From NCBI GenBank assembly GCA_965223155.1, contig CBDCVR010000013.1, positions 576,001 through 640,000 of the forward strand: DNA of 64,000 nt, written 5' to 3'. The notes beneath the pieces were generated by a model. It did not search any database. It was not told the DNA's origin and saw only the letters and a program-made list of their open reading frames with translations. Below are positions 1-10,046 of the stretch, in pieces. The DNA is from Candidatus Multivoradales bacterium. GTDB taxonomy: Bacteria > Acidobacteriota > Thermoanaerobaculia > Multivoradales > JAHEKO01. The translations under genes and the position numbers were made by a program. Every line of letters begins with the position of its first letter. Positions within the stretch are counted from its first letter, which is position 1.

Positions 1-74
1 CCAAAGCCGGCCAGACTCGGCAGTGGAGTCCTCCACTCGCCGGCCCACGGCCCCGCTCCCGCGAGCCGAATCCG

Positions 75-986
75 CTATGCGTCGCTCGCCGGAATCGAGG
101 CGAACCGGTCCAGCTCGGCCAGCCGTCCCCGATCCTCGCGCCAGTCCGGCTCGCAACGAACGTGCAGGTCGAGGTAGACCCGGCGACCCAGCATCGCTTC
201 GAGCGCTTGGCGCGCCTCAATCCCGAGACGCTTGATGCGGGCGCCGCCCTTCCCCACGACGATCCCCTTCTGGCTGGGCTTTTCGACCAGGATGAGGGCA
301 TGGATCCGAGTCAGCTCACGGTCCTCCACTTCGTCCCAGCGCTCGACATCCACCGCGGTGGTAAACGGCAGCTCGTCCCGAGTGGCCCGGAGCAGCGCCT
401 CGCGAATGAGCTCGGCGGCCAGGAAGCGCTCCGGATGCACCGTAAAGAGATCCGAGTCGAAGCGCGGCGGCCCCACGGGGAGCTGCTCGATCAGGAGACG
501 CAGCAGCACGTCGCAGCCGTCGCCGTCGAGGGCACTGATCGGCACGATCTCTCGAAACAGCTCCGAGGCCGAGTAACGCTCGATCAAGGGCAGGATCTTG
601 GGCTTGGCGACGGCATCAACCTTGTTGAGCGCGACGATCCTCGGCCGATCAACCTTGGCCAGCACCTCGAGCAGGTGTTCGTCGCCTCGGCCGAAGCGCT
701 GGCTCGCGTCCACCAGCAGGCACACAACGTCCGCTTCGCGCAGGGCCTCATGGGCATGGCGGACCATTTGGCGGTTCAACCGGTGCAAGGGCTTATGCAT
801 CCCGGGCGTGTCGTAGAAGACGACCTGCGCGTGGTCCAGGGTCAGAATGCCCACCAGGCGGTGTCGGGTCGTCTGAGGCTTGTCCGAGACGATCGCCAGC
901 TTTTCGCCCAGCAGCCGATTCAGCAGGGTGGACTTGCCGGCGTTGGGCCGGCCCATCAGGGCCACCGCGCCGGACCGAAACTCCAT
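75..986 (-). CDS. era: GTPase Era
   Basis: GRPNAGKST (G1), DTPG (G3), NKVD (G4), C-terminal KH with GIVVGKGG. ATG at 986 overlaps the upstream TGA (TGATG). Confidence 0.97.
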   Translation of the reverse strand: MEFRSGAVALMGRPNAGKSTLLNRLLGEKLAIVSDKPQTTRHRLVGILTLDHAQVVFYDTPGMHKPLHRLNRQMVRHAHEALREADVVCLLVDASQRFGRGDEHLLEVLAKVDRPRIVALNKVDAVAKPKILPLIERYSASELFREIVPISALDGDGCDVLLRLLIEQLPVGPPRFDSDLFTVHPERFLAAELIREALLRATRDELPFTTAVDVERWDEVEDRELTRIHALILVEKPSQKGIVVGKGGARIKRLGIEARQALEAMLGRRVYLDLHVRCEPDWREDRGRLAELDRFASIPASDA

Positions 987-2260
987 CAAGCGTCGCCGTT
1001 CGTTTCGGCCGGGCCCGGCTCGCCGAGCCACTCGACTCGGAGGATCTCGATGCGCCGATCGGCCACCCGCTCCACCGTGAAGCGGAGGCCGCGCACCTCG
1101 AGCTGGTAGCCGGGCTCCGGCAAATCGCCGACGTGACCGAACACCATGCCTCCGGCGGTCTCGTAGGGCTCGTCTTCGGTCGGCCAGTCGAAGGTCTCTT
1201 CCAGCCAGTCGATGGGCGTCCTGCCGGAAATGCGCCAGGCGTTGTCCGCCACCTGGACCGCCATCCGGCCGACATCTTCGTGCTCGTCGACGATCTCGCC
1301 CACGATCTCCTCCAGGAGGTCCTCGACCGTGACCAGGCCGGAGGTGCCGCCGTATTCGTCCACGACGATCGCCATCTGATGCCGCCCGCTCTGCATCTCG
1401 CCCAGGAGCTCGTTGATCGGCTTGGTCTCGGGAACGAAGTAGGCGGCGTTCGCGAGCGCGGCCGGCAACCCGGACTCAGAGCCCTGAAGCGACGCGAACA
1501 GATCCCGGATGTGCAGAATGCCCACGATGTCGTCCACCGACTCGCGATACAGGGGAATGCGCGAGTGCTTGGAGTCCAGGAACTGGCCCACCAGGTCTTC
1601 AACCGGAGACTCCGCGGCCGCCACGACCATGTCGGTACGCGGGGACATGACGCTGCGCACCAGCGTGTCGCCGAAGTCCATCACCCGCATGATGAGGTCT
1701 TCTTCCCCTGGCTCCAGGATCCCCTCCCGAGCCCCAACCGAAAGGAACTCCTCGATCTCGCCGTCCGATGCCTCGTCCTCGTCGCCGGCCGTCTCGCCAT
1801 CTCCGGAAACACCTCCGAGAAGCGGTGCCAACACCGCGATTGCCGGGCTGCAGAACCACCGGGCTAGCCGGTAGGCCGGCGTCAGGCGTCGAAGTGCGCT
1901 TTCCGAGTCCCGGGAAACCAGCCAGCGGTTCAAGAGCTCGGCCGCGGCCAGCACCCCGACCACCAACAGCACCACCTTCAGCACCGCCGCCAGGCCGCGG
2001 TCGCCGCCCGCCGGCAGAATCCAGCCCACCGCCACGGTCGCTGCCAGCACCACGGGAGCCACCTTGGCCGCCAGGCTCAACAGGTACCGAAAGGCCTCGA
2101 AGCGCGGGCCGTCCAGAAACAGGGCCTCGAGCGCGCCGCCCGCCTCCTCCGCCCAGTGGCGCAACCGGATCGGGCCCGGCCGTTCGAGCAGGGCCGCCAG
2201 GACCTGCGCCGCGACCGTCAGGACCCCGAGAGCCAGCGTGACGACGACGAAGCCCATCAT
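986..2260 (-). CDS. Hemolysin-family / CorC-HlyC CBS-domain membrane protein
   Basis: N-terminal TM segments, [42 protein letters not shown], CorC_HlyC C-terminus; classic position after ybeY. Confidence 0.92.
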   Translation of the reverse strand: MMGFVVVTLALGVLTVAAQVLAALLERPGPIRLRHWAEEAGGALEALFLDGPRFEAFRYLLSLAAKVAPVVLAATVAVGWILPAGGDRGLAAVLKVVLLVVGVLAAAELLNRWLVSRDSESALRRLTPAYRLARWFCSPAIAVLAPLLGGVSGDGETAGDEDEASDGEIEEFLSVGAREGILEPGEEDLIMRVMDFGDTLVRSVMSPRTDMVVAAAESPVEDLVGQFLDSKHSRIPLYRESVDDIVGILHIRDLFASLQGSESGLPAALANAAYFVPETKPINELLGEMQSGRHQMAIVVDEYGGTSGLVTVEDLLEEIVGEIVDEHEDVGRMAVQVADNAWRISGRTPIDWLEETFDWPTEDEPYETAGGMVFGHVGDLPEPGYQLEVRGLRFTVERVADRRIEILRVEWLGEPGPAETNGDA

Positions 2261-2721
2261 CCGGCAACCCACTCTCGGCGGAGGCGCCCTTCCAGGCGGT
2301 TCATGACGCCGTCATCGGCTTCGTGGTCGTAGCCGAGGCAATGGAGCGTTCCGTGCAGCAGCAGGATCTTGAGCTCGCGCTCGACCGAATGCCCGGCCGC
2401 CTCCGCCTGCCTGCGAGCGGCCGGTACCGAGATCGCGATGTCGCCCAGATGGGGCCCCCCGGGGCCGGCCGTTCCCGGGAAGGACAGCACGTCGGTGACG
2501 GCGTCGCGCCGGCGAAACTCGCGGTTCAAGCGGCGCAAGGCCCGGTCGCCGAGCAGCCGCACCGCCAGCGTACCGCGCCGCTCACGCGCCACCGAGCCGA
2601 CCAAGTCTTCGGCCCAGGAGCGCAAGCGGCCGAGCCGGACCTCGGGATATCGATTCGGATTCTCGAGCGACACTCTCTGGGAGCGATCGCTGGAATTGGC
2701 GGGGTCGCCTTCCGTCATCAA
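2257..2721 (-). CDS. ybeY: rRNA maturation RNase YbeY
   Basis: LNREFR, TDVLSF, LGDIAIS and HGTLHCLGYDH metal-binding motif. Confidence 0.96.
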   Translation of the reverse strand: MMTEGDPANSSDRSQRVSLENPNRYPEVRLGRLRSWAEDLVGSVARERRGTLAVRLLGDRALRRLNREFRRRDAVTDVLSFPGTAGPGGPHLGDIAISVPAARRQAEAAGHSVERELKILLLHGTLHCLGYDHEADDGVMNRLEGRLRREWVAG

Positions 2722-3707
2722 TCCGCTCCCTTGCTGCCCGAGGTCCGGCCGCCCTTGGCTCCAGGCTGCCGCTCGTAGCGGTCGTAGGCGCCGATGATCT
2801 TCTGCACCAGCGGATGCCGGACGACGTCCCGCTCGGTGAAGTGTACGAAGCCGATGCCGTCGACGCCCTCGAGCACCTTGCAGGCGACGCGCAGCCCGGA
2901 GGCGGTTCCGGCGGGCAAGTCCACCTGGGTGACGTCGCCGTTGACCACCGCCTTGGATTTGAAGCCGATGCGGGTCAAGAACATTTTCATCTGCTCGGTG
3001 GTGGTGTTCTGGGCCTCGTCCAGGATGACGAAGGCATCGTTGAGCGTCCGGCCGCGCATGAAGGCCAGAGGAGCCACCTCGATCGTGCCCTGTTCAAGCA
3101 TGCGCCCGACCTTGTCGAAGCCGATGAGATCGTAGAGAGCATCGTAGAGCGGCCGTAGATAGGGATTCACCTTCTCGGCCAGATCGCCCGGCAGGTAGCC
3201 CAGCTTCTCGCCGGCCTCCACCGCCGGCCGGGTCAGCAAGATGCGGCGAATCTGCTTTTCCTTGAGCGCGGCCGCGGCCATGGCCACGGCGAGGTAGGTC
3301 TTCCCCGTCCCCGCGGGCCCGATCGAGAGCACCATGTCGTTCTCGGCCATCGCCTTCATGTAGATCTGCTGCCCGAGGCTGCGCGGCACGACCATGCGGC
3401 GGGCCGAGCTCAGGATGCCGTCGCCCGAGAAGAACTCCACCAGCGAGGCGTCGGGGGCCTCCCGCAGCACCCGGATGGCGGTGTCTACGTCGTTCGACCG
3501 CACTCGGTATCCGCCCTCCATCAAGGCCGAAAGCTCGGTCAGAAGATGCTCGACCACGCCGGCGTTGGCCGGTTCGCCCTCGATCATCGCCTGGTTCCCC
3601 CGGGCCGAAAGGGTCACGTCGAAGGCCCTCTCGATGCGCTTCAAGTTCTCGTCGCGCGCGCCGAAAAGCGCCTCGATACCCTCTTCAGCGAGGGTTACCT
3701 GGGTCAT
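2718..3707 (-). CDS. phoH: PhoH-family ATPase (YbeZ-like, N-terminal KH-like region)
   Basis: [43 protein letters not shown]. Confidence 0.96.
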   Translation of the reverse strand: MTQVTLAEEGIEALFGARDENLKRIERAFDVTLSARGNQAMIEGEPANAGVVEHLLTELSALMEGGYRVRSNDVDTAIRVLREAPDASLVEFFSGDGILSSARRMVVPRSLGQQIYMKAMAENDMVLSIGPAGTGKTYLAVAMAAAALKEKQIRRILLTRPAVEAGEKLGYLPGDLAEKVNPYLRPLYDALYDLIGFDKVGRMLEQGTIEVAPLAFMRGRTLNDAFVILDEAQNTTTEQMKMFLTRIGFKSKAVVNGDVTQVDLPAGTASGLRVACKVLEGVDGIGFVHFTERDVVRHPLVQKIIGAYDRYERQPGAKGGRTSGSKGAD

Positions 3708-3812
3708 GGCGTGCGAGGAAGCGTCCGGGGAACCCGGGCGACCGCGAGAGGATGGAAGGAGTTCGGCAACGAGGGTTGGAAGGGGCCGGATCCGGTGCGC
3801 CGGCCGGGCCGG

Positions 3813-3821
3813 AGTCTAGCA
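3813..3821 (-). promoter_or_regulatory. Putative extended -10 promoter of the phoH-ybeY-corC-era operon
   Basis: Minus strand TGCTAGACT (TGn + TAGACT) about 105 nt upstream of the phoH ATG. Confidence 0.4.
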
Positions 3822-3981
3822 GACGGCCGCAGCCTCGGCGTGCCCGACCGTACTCGGCCGGACCCGGTGCGAGCCGCGACCAGGCGAGCCGGTCCGGCCA
3901 CTCCCCCACCGAGTGACTGCCTCTTTGGGCTTTACCGAACCGAAGTGGAAGCCAGCGAGAGCCTGCCGAGCCAGATCGGAG

Positions 3982-5442
3982 TTACCGCCGGTTGATGCCG
4001 CCCACGACCTGTTTCGCCTCGCCGGCCTTGACCACTCCGTCCACCGTCGTGTGGTTGATGAGCGCCGCCAGCTCGGGCTTGACGGTCGAGGGATAGCGGC
4101 GGTCGAATTCCGCGAAGGCCATGGCGCTGCGCAGATCGATCACTTTCAGCCGGGCCGGCTGCACCGACAGGACTCGCCGATCCGTAACTCGATCGAAGCT
4201 GCCGATGAATCCCAGGATCGGCCGGGAGTAAGCCGACCACCTGCTGGACAGCGTGTAGCCCAAGAGGCGGTAGGTCTTGTCCCCGTACCGAACGAAGGCC
4301 ACCTGGCCGCGCAGGGAATTCTGCTCGCGGGGCACCTCGAAGGGCGCCGACACCGCCGGAAAGCCATGGATGTTGCCGGTGGACACCCGGCCCGCGCGCA
4401 CGCCCTCCTGGCCCAGAAACTTCCTGGCCGCGGTCATGAGGTCGGCCTCCGCATCCAGGGTCAGGACCACGACCGCGTCCTGTTTCGGGCTCTGTCCCAG
4501 GACCGCCTGGCGCTGGTTCTGAGTCTTCCACTCGGCCGGAAATTCCAGCTTGAGAGCCAGATCCGGGTGCAGAAACACCTGGTCCTCGAAAAACCCTTCC
4601 CGCGGGTTGGGACCGAAGGTCATGCCGTCGATGCGTCCGAAGTACCCGGGCCGGTTGATCTTGGCCGAGGAAAAATCGTGTTCCAGGCTCTGGATCTGTT
4701 CCCGAATCCGGTCCTGCCGGCGCTCGGGATCGGGATGGGTCGAAAGCCAGTTCGGCAGCCTCCCCGCCCCCGCCAGATCGCCGACGTTCTTCAGCACCCC
4801 GAAGACCTCCGGCATCTCGCGCGCGTCCCAATTGCCGCCGATCGCGTACCGCAGTCCCAGGTCATCGGCCTGACGCTCGTCGTCCCGGGAGTACTTCAGA
4901 AACAGCAGTCCCAGCCCCTGCTGAGCCAGATCTCCGAACTGGCGCATCTCCGGCGAGACAATCATGCCGATCCCCAGCCCGAGTCCCGCCAACTGGGCCT
5001 TGCTCAAGCGGCTGGCGCCATGGCGACCGGTGACGTGACCGATCTCGTGCCCCAGCACCGAGACCAGCTCGGCCTCGCTCGAAAGGTGTCCCATGATGCC
5101 GCGGGTGACGTAGATGAAGCCACCGGGCAGAGCAAAGGCGTTGACGATCGGATCGTCGATGACCGTGAAGGTCCAGGGCAGCTCGGGCCGCTCGGACAGG
5201 GCGGCGAGCTCTTGGCCGAGCCTATCGACGTACTGCTGTGTGGCCTCGTCTTCGTAGACGCCCATCGAGGCCAGAATCTGGTCATGCGCTTCCCGGCCCA
5301 TGGCGATCTCCTGCTGTTCGGTGATCAGCATGAGCTGACGCTCTCCGGTGGCGGGATTGACGGCACAACTTCCCCACAACAAAGCCAAAGCGCACAGGGC
5401 TGCGGCCAGGGACGGCGGAATTCGGCGGATGCGATACGACAT
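3982..5442 (-). CDS. M48 family zinc metalloprotease (BepA-like lipoprotein)
   Basis: Lipobox-like LWGSC, NAFALPGG, HEIGH, YSRDDERQAD, STHP; AAGGAG Shine-Dalgarno before the ATG at 5442. Confidence 0.93.
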   Translation of the reverse strand: MSYRIRRIPPSLAAALCALALLWGSCAVNPATGERQLMLITEQQEIAMGREAHDQILASMGVYEDEATQQYVDRLGQELAALSERPELPWTFTVIDDPIVNAFALPGGFIYVTRGIMGHLSSEAELVSVLGHEIGHVTGRHGASRLSKAQLAGLGLGIGMIVSPEMRQFGDLAQQGLGLLFLKYSRDDERQADDLGLRYAIGGNWDAREMPEVFGVLKNVGDLAGAGRLPNWLSTHPDPERRQDRIREQIQSLEHDFSSAKINRPGYFGRIDGMTFGPNPREGFFEDQVFLHPDLALKLEFPAEWKTQNQRQAVLGQSPKQDAVVVLTLDAEADLMTAARKFLGQEGVRAGRVSTGNIHGFPAVSAPFEVPREQNSLRGQVAFVRYGDKTYRLLGYTLSSRWSAYSRPILGFIGSFDRVTDRRVLSVQPARLKVIDLRSAMAFAEFDRRYPSTVKPELAALINHTTVDGVVKAGEAKQVVGGINRR

Positions 5443-5528
5443 GCAGTTCTCCTTCAACGAATAGGATGACGCCGGCTTCGATTCTGGTCTCGGGGCCCGC
5501 TCACAAGAGCATTGTAACGTTTGCCTCG

Positions 5529-6023
5529 ATGCGACCCGAAGCTTCTTCCGCCGCGGCCGGCAGCGACGACCTCCACGTCGCCTTGGTCGCGCCCGAGATT
5601 CCCTGGAACACGGGCAACGCGGGCCGCACCTGTCTGGCGGCCGATGCGCGTCTCCACCTGGTCGGCCCGCTCGGCTTTTCACTCGCGGACAAGCAGGTGC
5701 GGCGGGCCGGGCTCGACTACTGGCCCGCGGTGGAGCCCCGCCTGTGGACCGACTGGGATGCCTTCGAGAAAGCCCTGCCCGGGCTCGGTACGCCCACGAT
5801 CTTCAGCCCAGAGGCCGAGCGCACGTTCTGGGAAATCGATTTCCCCCGGCCTTCGGTCCTGATCTTCGGCAGCGAGTCCGCCGGGCTGCCGGCGGCCGTC
5901 CGCGCCACGTTCTCCGACCGCGCCGCCAGGATTCCCCAGCGCCCGGACGCTGTCCGTTCCCTCAACCTCTCGACCGCGGTTGCCTTGGGCCTCTACGAAG
6001 CGCGGCGCCGGTGGCTGAGCTGA
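5529..6023 (+). CDS. trmL: tRNA (cytidine/uridine-34 2'-O)-methyltransferase
   Basis: PEIPWNTGN, RRAGLDYW, FGSESAGLP, RSLNLS SPOUT motifs. Confidence 0.95.
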   Translation: MRPEASSAAAGSDDLHVALVAPEIPWNTGNAGRTCLAADARLHLVGPLGFSLADKQVRRAGLDYWPAVEPRLWTDWDAFEKALPGLGTPTIFSPEAERTFWEIDFPRPSVLIFGSESAGLPAAVRATFSDRAARIPQRPDAVRSLNLSTAVALGLYEARRRWLS

Positions 6024-6025
6024 TC

Positions 6026-6820
6026 GTGCCTGAGTCCACAGCCGACCGTGGCGCGAGGAACTTCCACGACCACTTCTCGACCGGGGCCGACGCCTACCGG
6101 AATGCCCGGCCGCACGGACCGCGCGAGCTTCTGGACTTCCTTCTGGCGCGAACTCCGAGCCGCCGGCTGGCCTGGGACTGTGGTACCGGCACTGGACAGA
6201 CCGCCCGCTATCTGGCCCCTCACTTCGACCGGGTCCTCGCCAGCGACGCCGGGCCGGCGCTAGTCGCGCGGATCGAACCGGCTCGGGTCGAACCAGAAAC
6301 TCCCATCCGACCCTTGGTGGCCCTGGCCGAAGCCGCTCCGCTGGCGGAAGCTTCGGTCGACCTGTGCACCGTCAGCCAGGCGCTCCACTGGTTCGACCTG
6401 GAGCTCTTCTACGCCGAGATCCGCCGGGTGGTCCGGGCGGGCGGTTTCCTCGCGGCCTGGACCTATCATCTGCCCCGGATCGCGCCGGCCATCGACCGCC
6501 ACCTGGACCGGTTGGCCCACCAAACGCTGGCCCGAGACTGGCCGCCCGAGCGCTCCCGGGTCGAAGACCGCTACCGTTCGATGCCCTTTCCCTTCGACGA
6601 GCTCAAAGCACCTGAGTTCACCATCGAGCGCATCTGGTCCCGGCGCCAGCTCCTAGCCTATCTCGGTACCTGGTCCGCTCTCGGCCGCTACCGGCACCGC
6701 ACCGGCGTCGATCCACTACCGGAGCTGGATCGGGCGCTCGCCCCGCATTGGCCCGGGAGTGCCACCGTCACCTGGCCGGTGACCCTGCGCCTCGGCCGAA
6801 TCGACTCCCGCGGGAGCTGA
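6026..6820 (+). CDS. Class I SAM-dependent methyltransferase
   Basis: FHDHFS...Y...RP, AWDCGTGTGQ, QALHWFD, TWSA. GTG start immediately after the trmL stop. Confidence 0.9.
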   Translation: MPESTADRGARNFHDHFSTGADAYRNARPHGPRELLDFLLARTPSRRLAWDCGTGTGQTARYLAPHFDRVLASDAGPALVARIEPARVEPETPIRPLVALAEAAPLAEASVDLCTVSQALHWFDLELFYAEIRRVVRAGGFLAAWTYHLPRIAPAIDRHLDRLAHQTLARDWPPERSRVEDRYRSMPFPFDELKAPEFTIERIWSRRQLLAYLGTWSALGRYRHRTGVDPLPELDRALAPHWPGSATVTWPVTLRLGRIDSRGS

Positions 6821-6984
6821 GAGCCCCAGGAATCCAAGACGGCCGACCGGCTGGAGCGGCCCCTTGGAACCGCCCTTCGCAGCGCCGGGCAAACCCGAGC
6901 CGGACCCGGCCGGACAGCGCGGGTACAATGCCGGGGACCCGACCCGCTCTCCCTGCGAGCCTTCCGACCCCAGGAGGTTGCACG

Positions 6985-8241
6985 ATGACGAACGCCACGA
7001 CTCGCCGACGGCCCGCTCGCGGGCCAGCCTTCGCCCTGGCGGCCTGCCTGCTTCTGGCAGCGGGCACCCTCCGGGCCGACACCGTGTCCACGGGCACCAC
7101 TCCTGGGGGCGCTCACTATCAGATCGTGGTTCCGGACGCATGGAACGGCGGCCTCGTCATCTGGAATCACGGCTTCTCGCTCAGCGCCCCCGATCCGCCG
7201 TCCGACCCCGGTCCGCTGTCGGTCATCCACCTGCAGGAAGGCTATGCCGTGGCGGCCTCGAGCTACCAGCTCCCCGGCTGGGCCTTGTTCAAGACCAAGC
7301 AGGACCTGGAGGCCCTGGTGGCCCGGTTCACGGAGGAGTTCGGCGCGCCCGACGAGGTCATCCTGTACGGCGCCTCGCTGGGCGGCATCGTCACGGCCCA
7401 CGCGCTCGAGAAGGCCAAGCTGGGCAACGTGACCGGGGCCTTGATGTTCTGCGGCGCGGTCGCGGGCAGCCGCAACTGGGACGGAGCCCTAGACATGCGG
7501 CTCCTCTACGACGCGGTCTGCTCCGACGTGCCGGACGCGGCGATTCCGGGCGGCGCCAAGGGCCTGCCCAAGAACACCAGCCTGACGCGAGCCGACGTCG
7601 AAGGCGCCGCCAACGCCTGCTTCGGCTTGGATCGCAAGAAGAAGAGGCGAACCGCGGGCCAAAAGCGGCGCCTCAAGAAGTTCCTGGAGGTCGCCCGGAT
7701 TCCGGAGAGCTTCGTCCAGACCAACCTCTGGTACGTCACCTTCGGCTTGAGCGACCTTACCTACGACCGCAAGAAGATGCGGGGCAAAGTCGCGATCGAG
7801 AACAAGAATGTCCAGTACGGCGACGCCGAGATCGACGCCACCATCGAGCGGGTCGCCGCGCGCAAGGCGCGCAAGCGCAGGCTCGCCCGGAACTACACGC
7901 CGAGAGGCAACGTCGGCGACGTCAAGATCGTCTCGATCCATACCGATAAGGACGGTCTGGTGATCGTGGAGAACGAGAGCGCCTACGCCTCGGTGGTGCC
8001 GCCGGGCAACCTGACGGTGGGCGTCGCGGTCGAAAGGACCCCCAGCCACTGCATTTTCACGCCCTCGGAGATCGTCGGCGCCTGGGAAGCCCTGCGCGCC
8101 TGGGTCGGCGGCGAACCGCAGCCCTCGGTGGCCGATCTCCAGATCTCTTGCCAGGCCTGGCAGCCCCTCTTCGGCGGCGGCTGCCGCTTCGATCCCGACT
8201 ACGTCGTCGGCAGCATCGACAACCGGATACGGCCGCGCTGA
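6985..8241 (+). CDS. Secreted alpha/beta hydrolase
   Basis: Signal peptide, WNGGLVIWNHG, nucleophile elbow GASLGG, candidate Asp (HTDKDG) and His (SHCIF); AGGAGG SD and upstream TACAAT. Confidence 0.8.
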   Translation: MTNATTRRRPARGPAFALAACLLLAAGTLRADTVSTGTTPGGAHYQIVVPDAWNGGLVIWNHGFSLSAPDPPSDPGPLSVIHLQEGYAVAASSYQLPGWALFKTKQDLEALVARFTEEFGAPDEVILYGASLGGIVTAHALEKAKLGNVTGALMFCGAVAGSRNWDGALDMRLLYDAVCSDVPDAAIPGGAKGLPKNTSLTRADVEGAANACFGLDRKKKRRTAGQKRRLKKFLEVARIPESFVQTNLWYVTFGLSDLTYDRKKMRGKVAIENKNVQYGDAEIDATIERVAARKARKRRLARNYTPRGNVGDVKIVSIHTDKDGLVIVENESAYASVVPPGNLTVGVAVERTPSHCIFTPSEIVGAWEALRAWVGGEPQPSVADLQISCQAWQPLFGGGCRFDPDYVVGSIDNRIRPR

Positions 8242-8245
8242 CCGG

Positions 8246-8809
8246 CTAGGACCGGCCCGCTCGTTCGACGATGCGGCGGGCGTGATGAGCGTTGTGGTAG
8301 AGCGTGAAGTAGAGGATCTCGCGCACCGTCAACTTACCGATCAGCGGATGCGGCAGCCGGTACCGGTCGAGCGCCGCCCCAGGCCAGGTTTCGACCTGCC
8401 GCAGCAGATCCTTGTTGGCCTTGCGCCAGCGCCTCAGCAGACGCTCCCGCCGCTTCTCACCCGTGTCCGCCGGCGGCCGGCGCCGTGGATCGAACGGCCC
8501 CAACGCCACTGCGCCGCGGGCGAGCGCCGTTCGGTAGCCGTCTACCACCTCCTCGTAGGCTCCAGAACCGCCCCGCGCAAGGCCGAAGCGGAGCGCGAGC
8601 AGGAACCGCGGCCTGGCCATCGCTCCGGCCACCGCCCGTACCGCAATGGTCAGATGGCTCAAGTGCTCGGCCGGAGACCAGTGCTCGCCCTGCGGCTCCT
8701 CGAACACTGCCAGGTCCATCGAGCCCAGATAGTCTTCGATCTCGCCACCCAGCTCGCCGAGCGAACCCGTCAGCTCTTCCGTCGTCCGTGGCGGCTCGAA
8801 CGCGAACAT
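8246..8809 (-). CDS. DinB-family protein
   Basis: WSPAEHLSHL, PHPLIGKLTVREILYFTLYHNAHH. Confidence 0.88.
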   Translation of the reverse strand: MFAFEPPRTTEELTGSLGELGGEIEDYLGSMDLAVFEEPQGEHWSPAEHLSHLTIAVRAVAGAMARPRFLLALRFGLARGGSGAYEEVVDGYRTALARGAVALGPFDPRRRPPADTGEKRRERLLRRWRKANKDLLRQVETWPGAALDRYRLPHPLIGKLTVREILYFTLYHNAHHARRIVERAGRS

Positions 8810-8917
8810 GCGCTCATCGTATCCGAGTCTCCGAAGCGCTCGGCCGGACGCATCTCCCATCGGGTACCGCTGGTAAGCTCGGCCCGACCTGAACCTCGCT
8901 CAAACCTGGGAGGAACC

Positions 8918-10015
8918 ATGCACGATTCCCGCGCCGGCGGCGGCAAGCCGCTATCCCGTCCCTCGTTCGCCGCTCTACTCGCCGCAGGCTTGATCCTCGC
9001 CGCGTTGACGACTCCCGTCGTGGCCGAGGACCCCCGCTCGGGCCTCGATCCCGACAAGCCGTCCAGCTATTTTGACGCCATGCCCATCCAGAGCCGATCG
9101 ACTCCGGTGCGCGAGCTTCTGGACGAGATCGACGAGACCTGTACTCGTATCAAAGCCTCCTGCGAAGCCGGCGCCCGGCTCCTGGAGCTCATGTTTCGCG
9201 GTAGCTACCGGGATGAGCTGCCCGATTTTCTGGTGAGACTCCACGGGGATGAGGGCGAGAGGCTGTCGCCCGGCCAGCCCGTCCTGATCTTCAACCGCAA
9301 GAACACGCCGTATCTGCTGGGCGTCCAGCACCTGACCGTGCTGGTCTTCTCGGAACGGCCCGTGGACATGCGGGCGCGCCTGACCACCATTCGTGAAAAG
9401 CAGGTCAACCCGTTTTCGGGTCTCCTGGGAGTCGTCGGTATCGATGCCGGCGAGACCAGTCCCACCGTCGACACTGAGGAGGAGGACCGGGAGTTGCGCT
9501 GGTCCCTTCTGAGTTCGGACCAGGATCCGGAGCCGCTGTACGTGGGCCGCGCGCGCCTGCCCATCCGCGCCGACATCATCGCCCGCCTGACCCTGATCCC
9601 GAAGGAGCTCAAAGACGTCACCTTCCAGTCGATCACCGGCCACCTCAGCAACTCTCGGCCCAGCGGCGCCGCCTTCGCGGTAGCCCTGGGCGCCACCTTC
9701 GGCGTCGATGACACCCGACTCGGCGAAGAGACCTCCGACCCGGCGTTCAACGGCTACGTGATGGCCAAGTTCTACCTGCCTGGACGGCGTCCGCTGATCG
9801 AGGTCAAACCCGGCAAGCGCTCCTTCTACCGCCGCTCCACCGCAGTGGTGTTCGGCACCAACGTGGTCTCAGACACCTTCGAGGAGATCGTCCTGGGCCT
9901 GTCCTTCGGGCACCTGGTGGGCAAGACCGGCCTCCTACTGGCAGCCAACTGGGTCACCGGCCTGGACGGCGAGCGCGAGGCCAAGATCCTCGCCGGCCTC
10001 GACGTCACTTTCTGA
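8918..10015 (+). CDS. Hypothetical exported protein, possible outer-membrane beta-rich C-terminus
   Basis: GGAGG SD, signal peptide, coding-like GC3 pattern, ends ILAGLDVTF. Confidence 0.7.
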   Translation: MHDSRAGGGKPLSRPSFAALLAAGLILAALTTPVVAEDPRSGLDPDKPSSYFDAMPIQSRSTPVRELLDEIDETCTRIKASCEAGARLLELMFRGSYRDELPDFLVRLHGDEGERLSPGQPVLIFNRKNTPYLLGVQHLTVLVFSERPVDMRARLTTIREKQVNPFSGLLGVVGIDAGETSPTVDTEEEDRELRWSLLSSDQDPEPLYVGRARLPIRADIIARLTLIPKELKDVTFQSITGHLSNSRPSGAAFAVALGATFGVDDTRLGEETSDPAFNGYVMAKFYLPGRRPLIEVKPGKRSFYRRSTAVVFGTNVVSDTFEEIVLGLSFGHLVGKTGLLLAANWVTGLDGEREAKILAGLDVTF

Positions 10016-10046
10016 GCCAGGGGCTGGCCCGACCGCCTGACCGAGA

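Noticed and set aside
3708-3981. 274-nt intergenic region upstream of phoH as a possible riboswitch or ncRNA
   Set aside because: No recognisable riboswitch, SRP or 6S motifs by eye; only a candidate extended -10. An Rfam scan would be needed.
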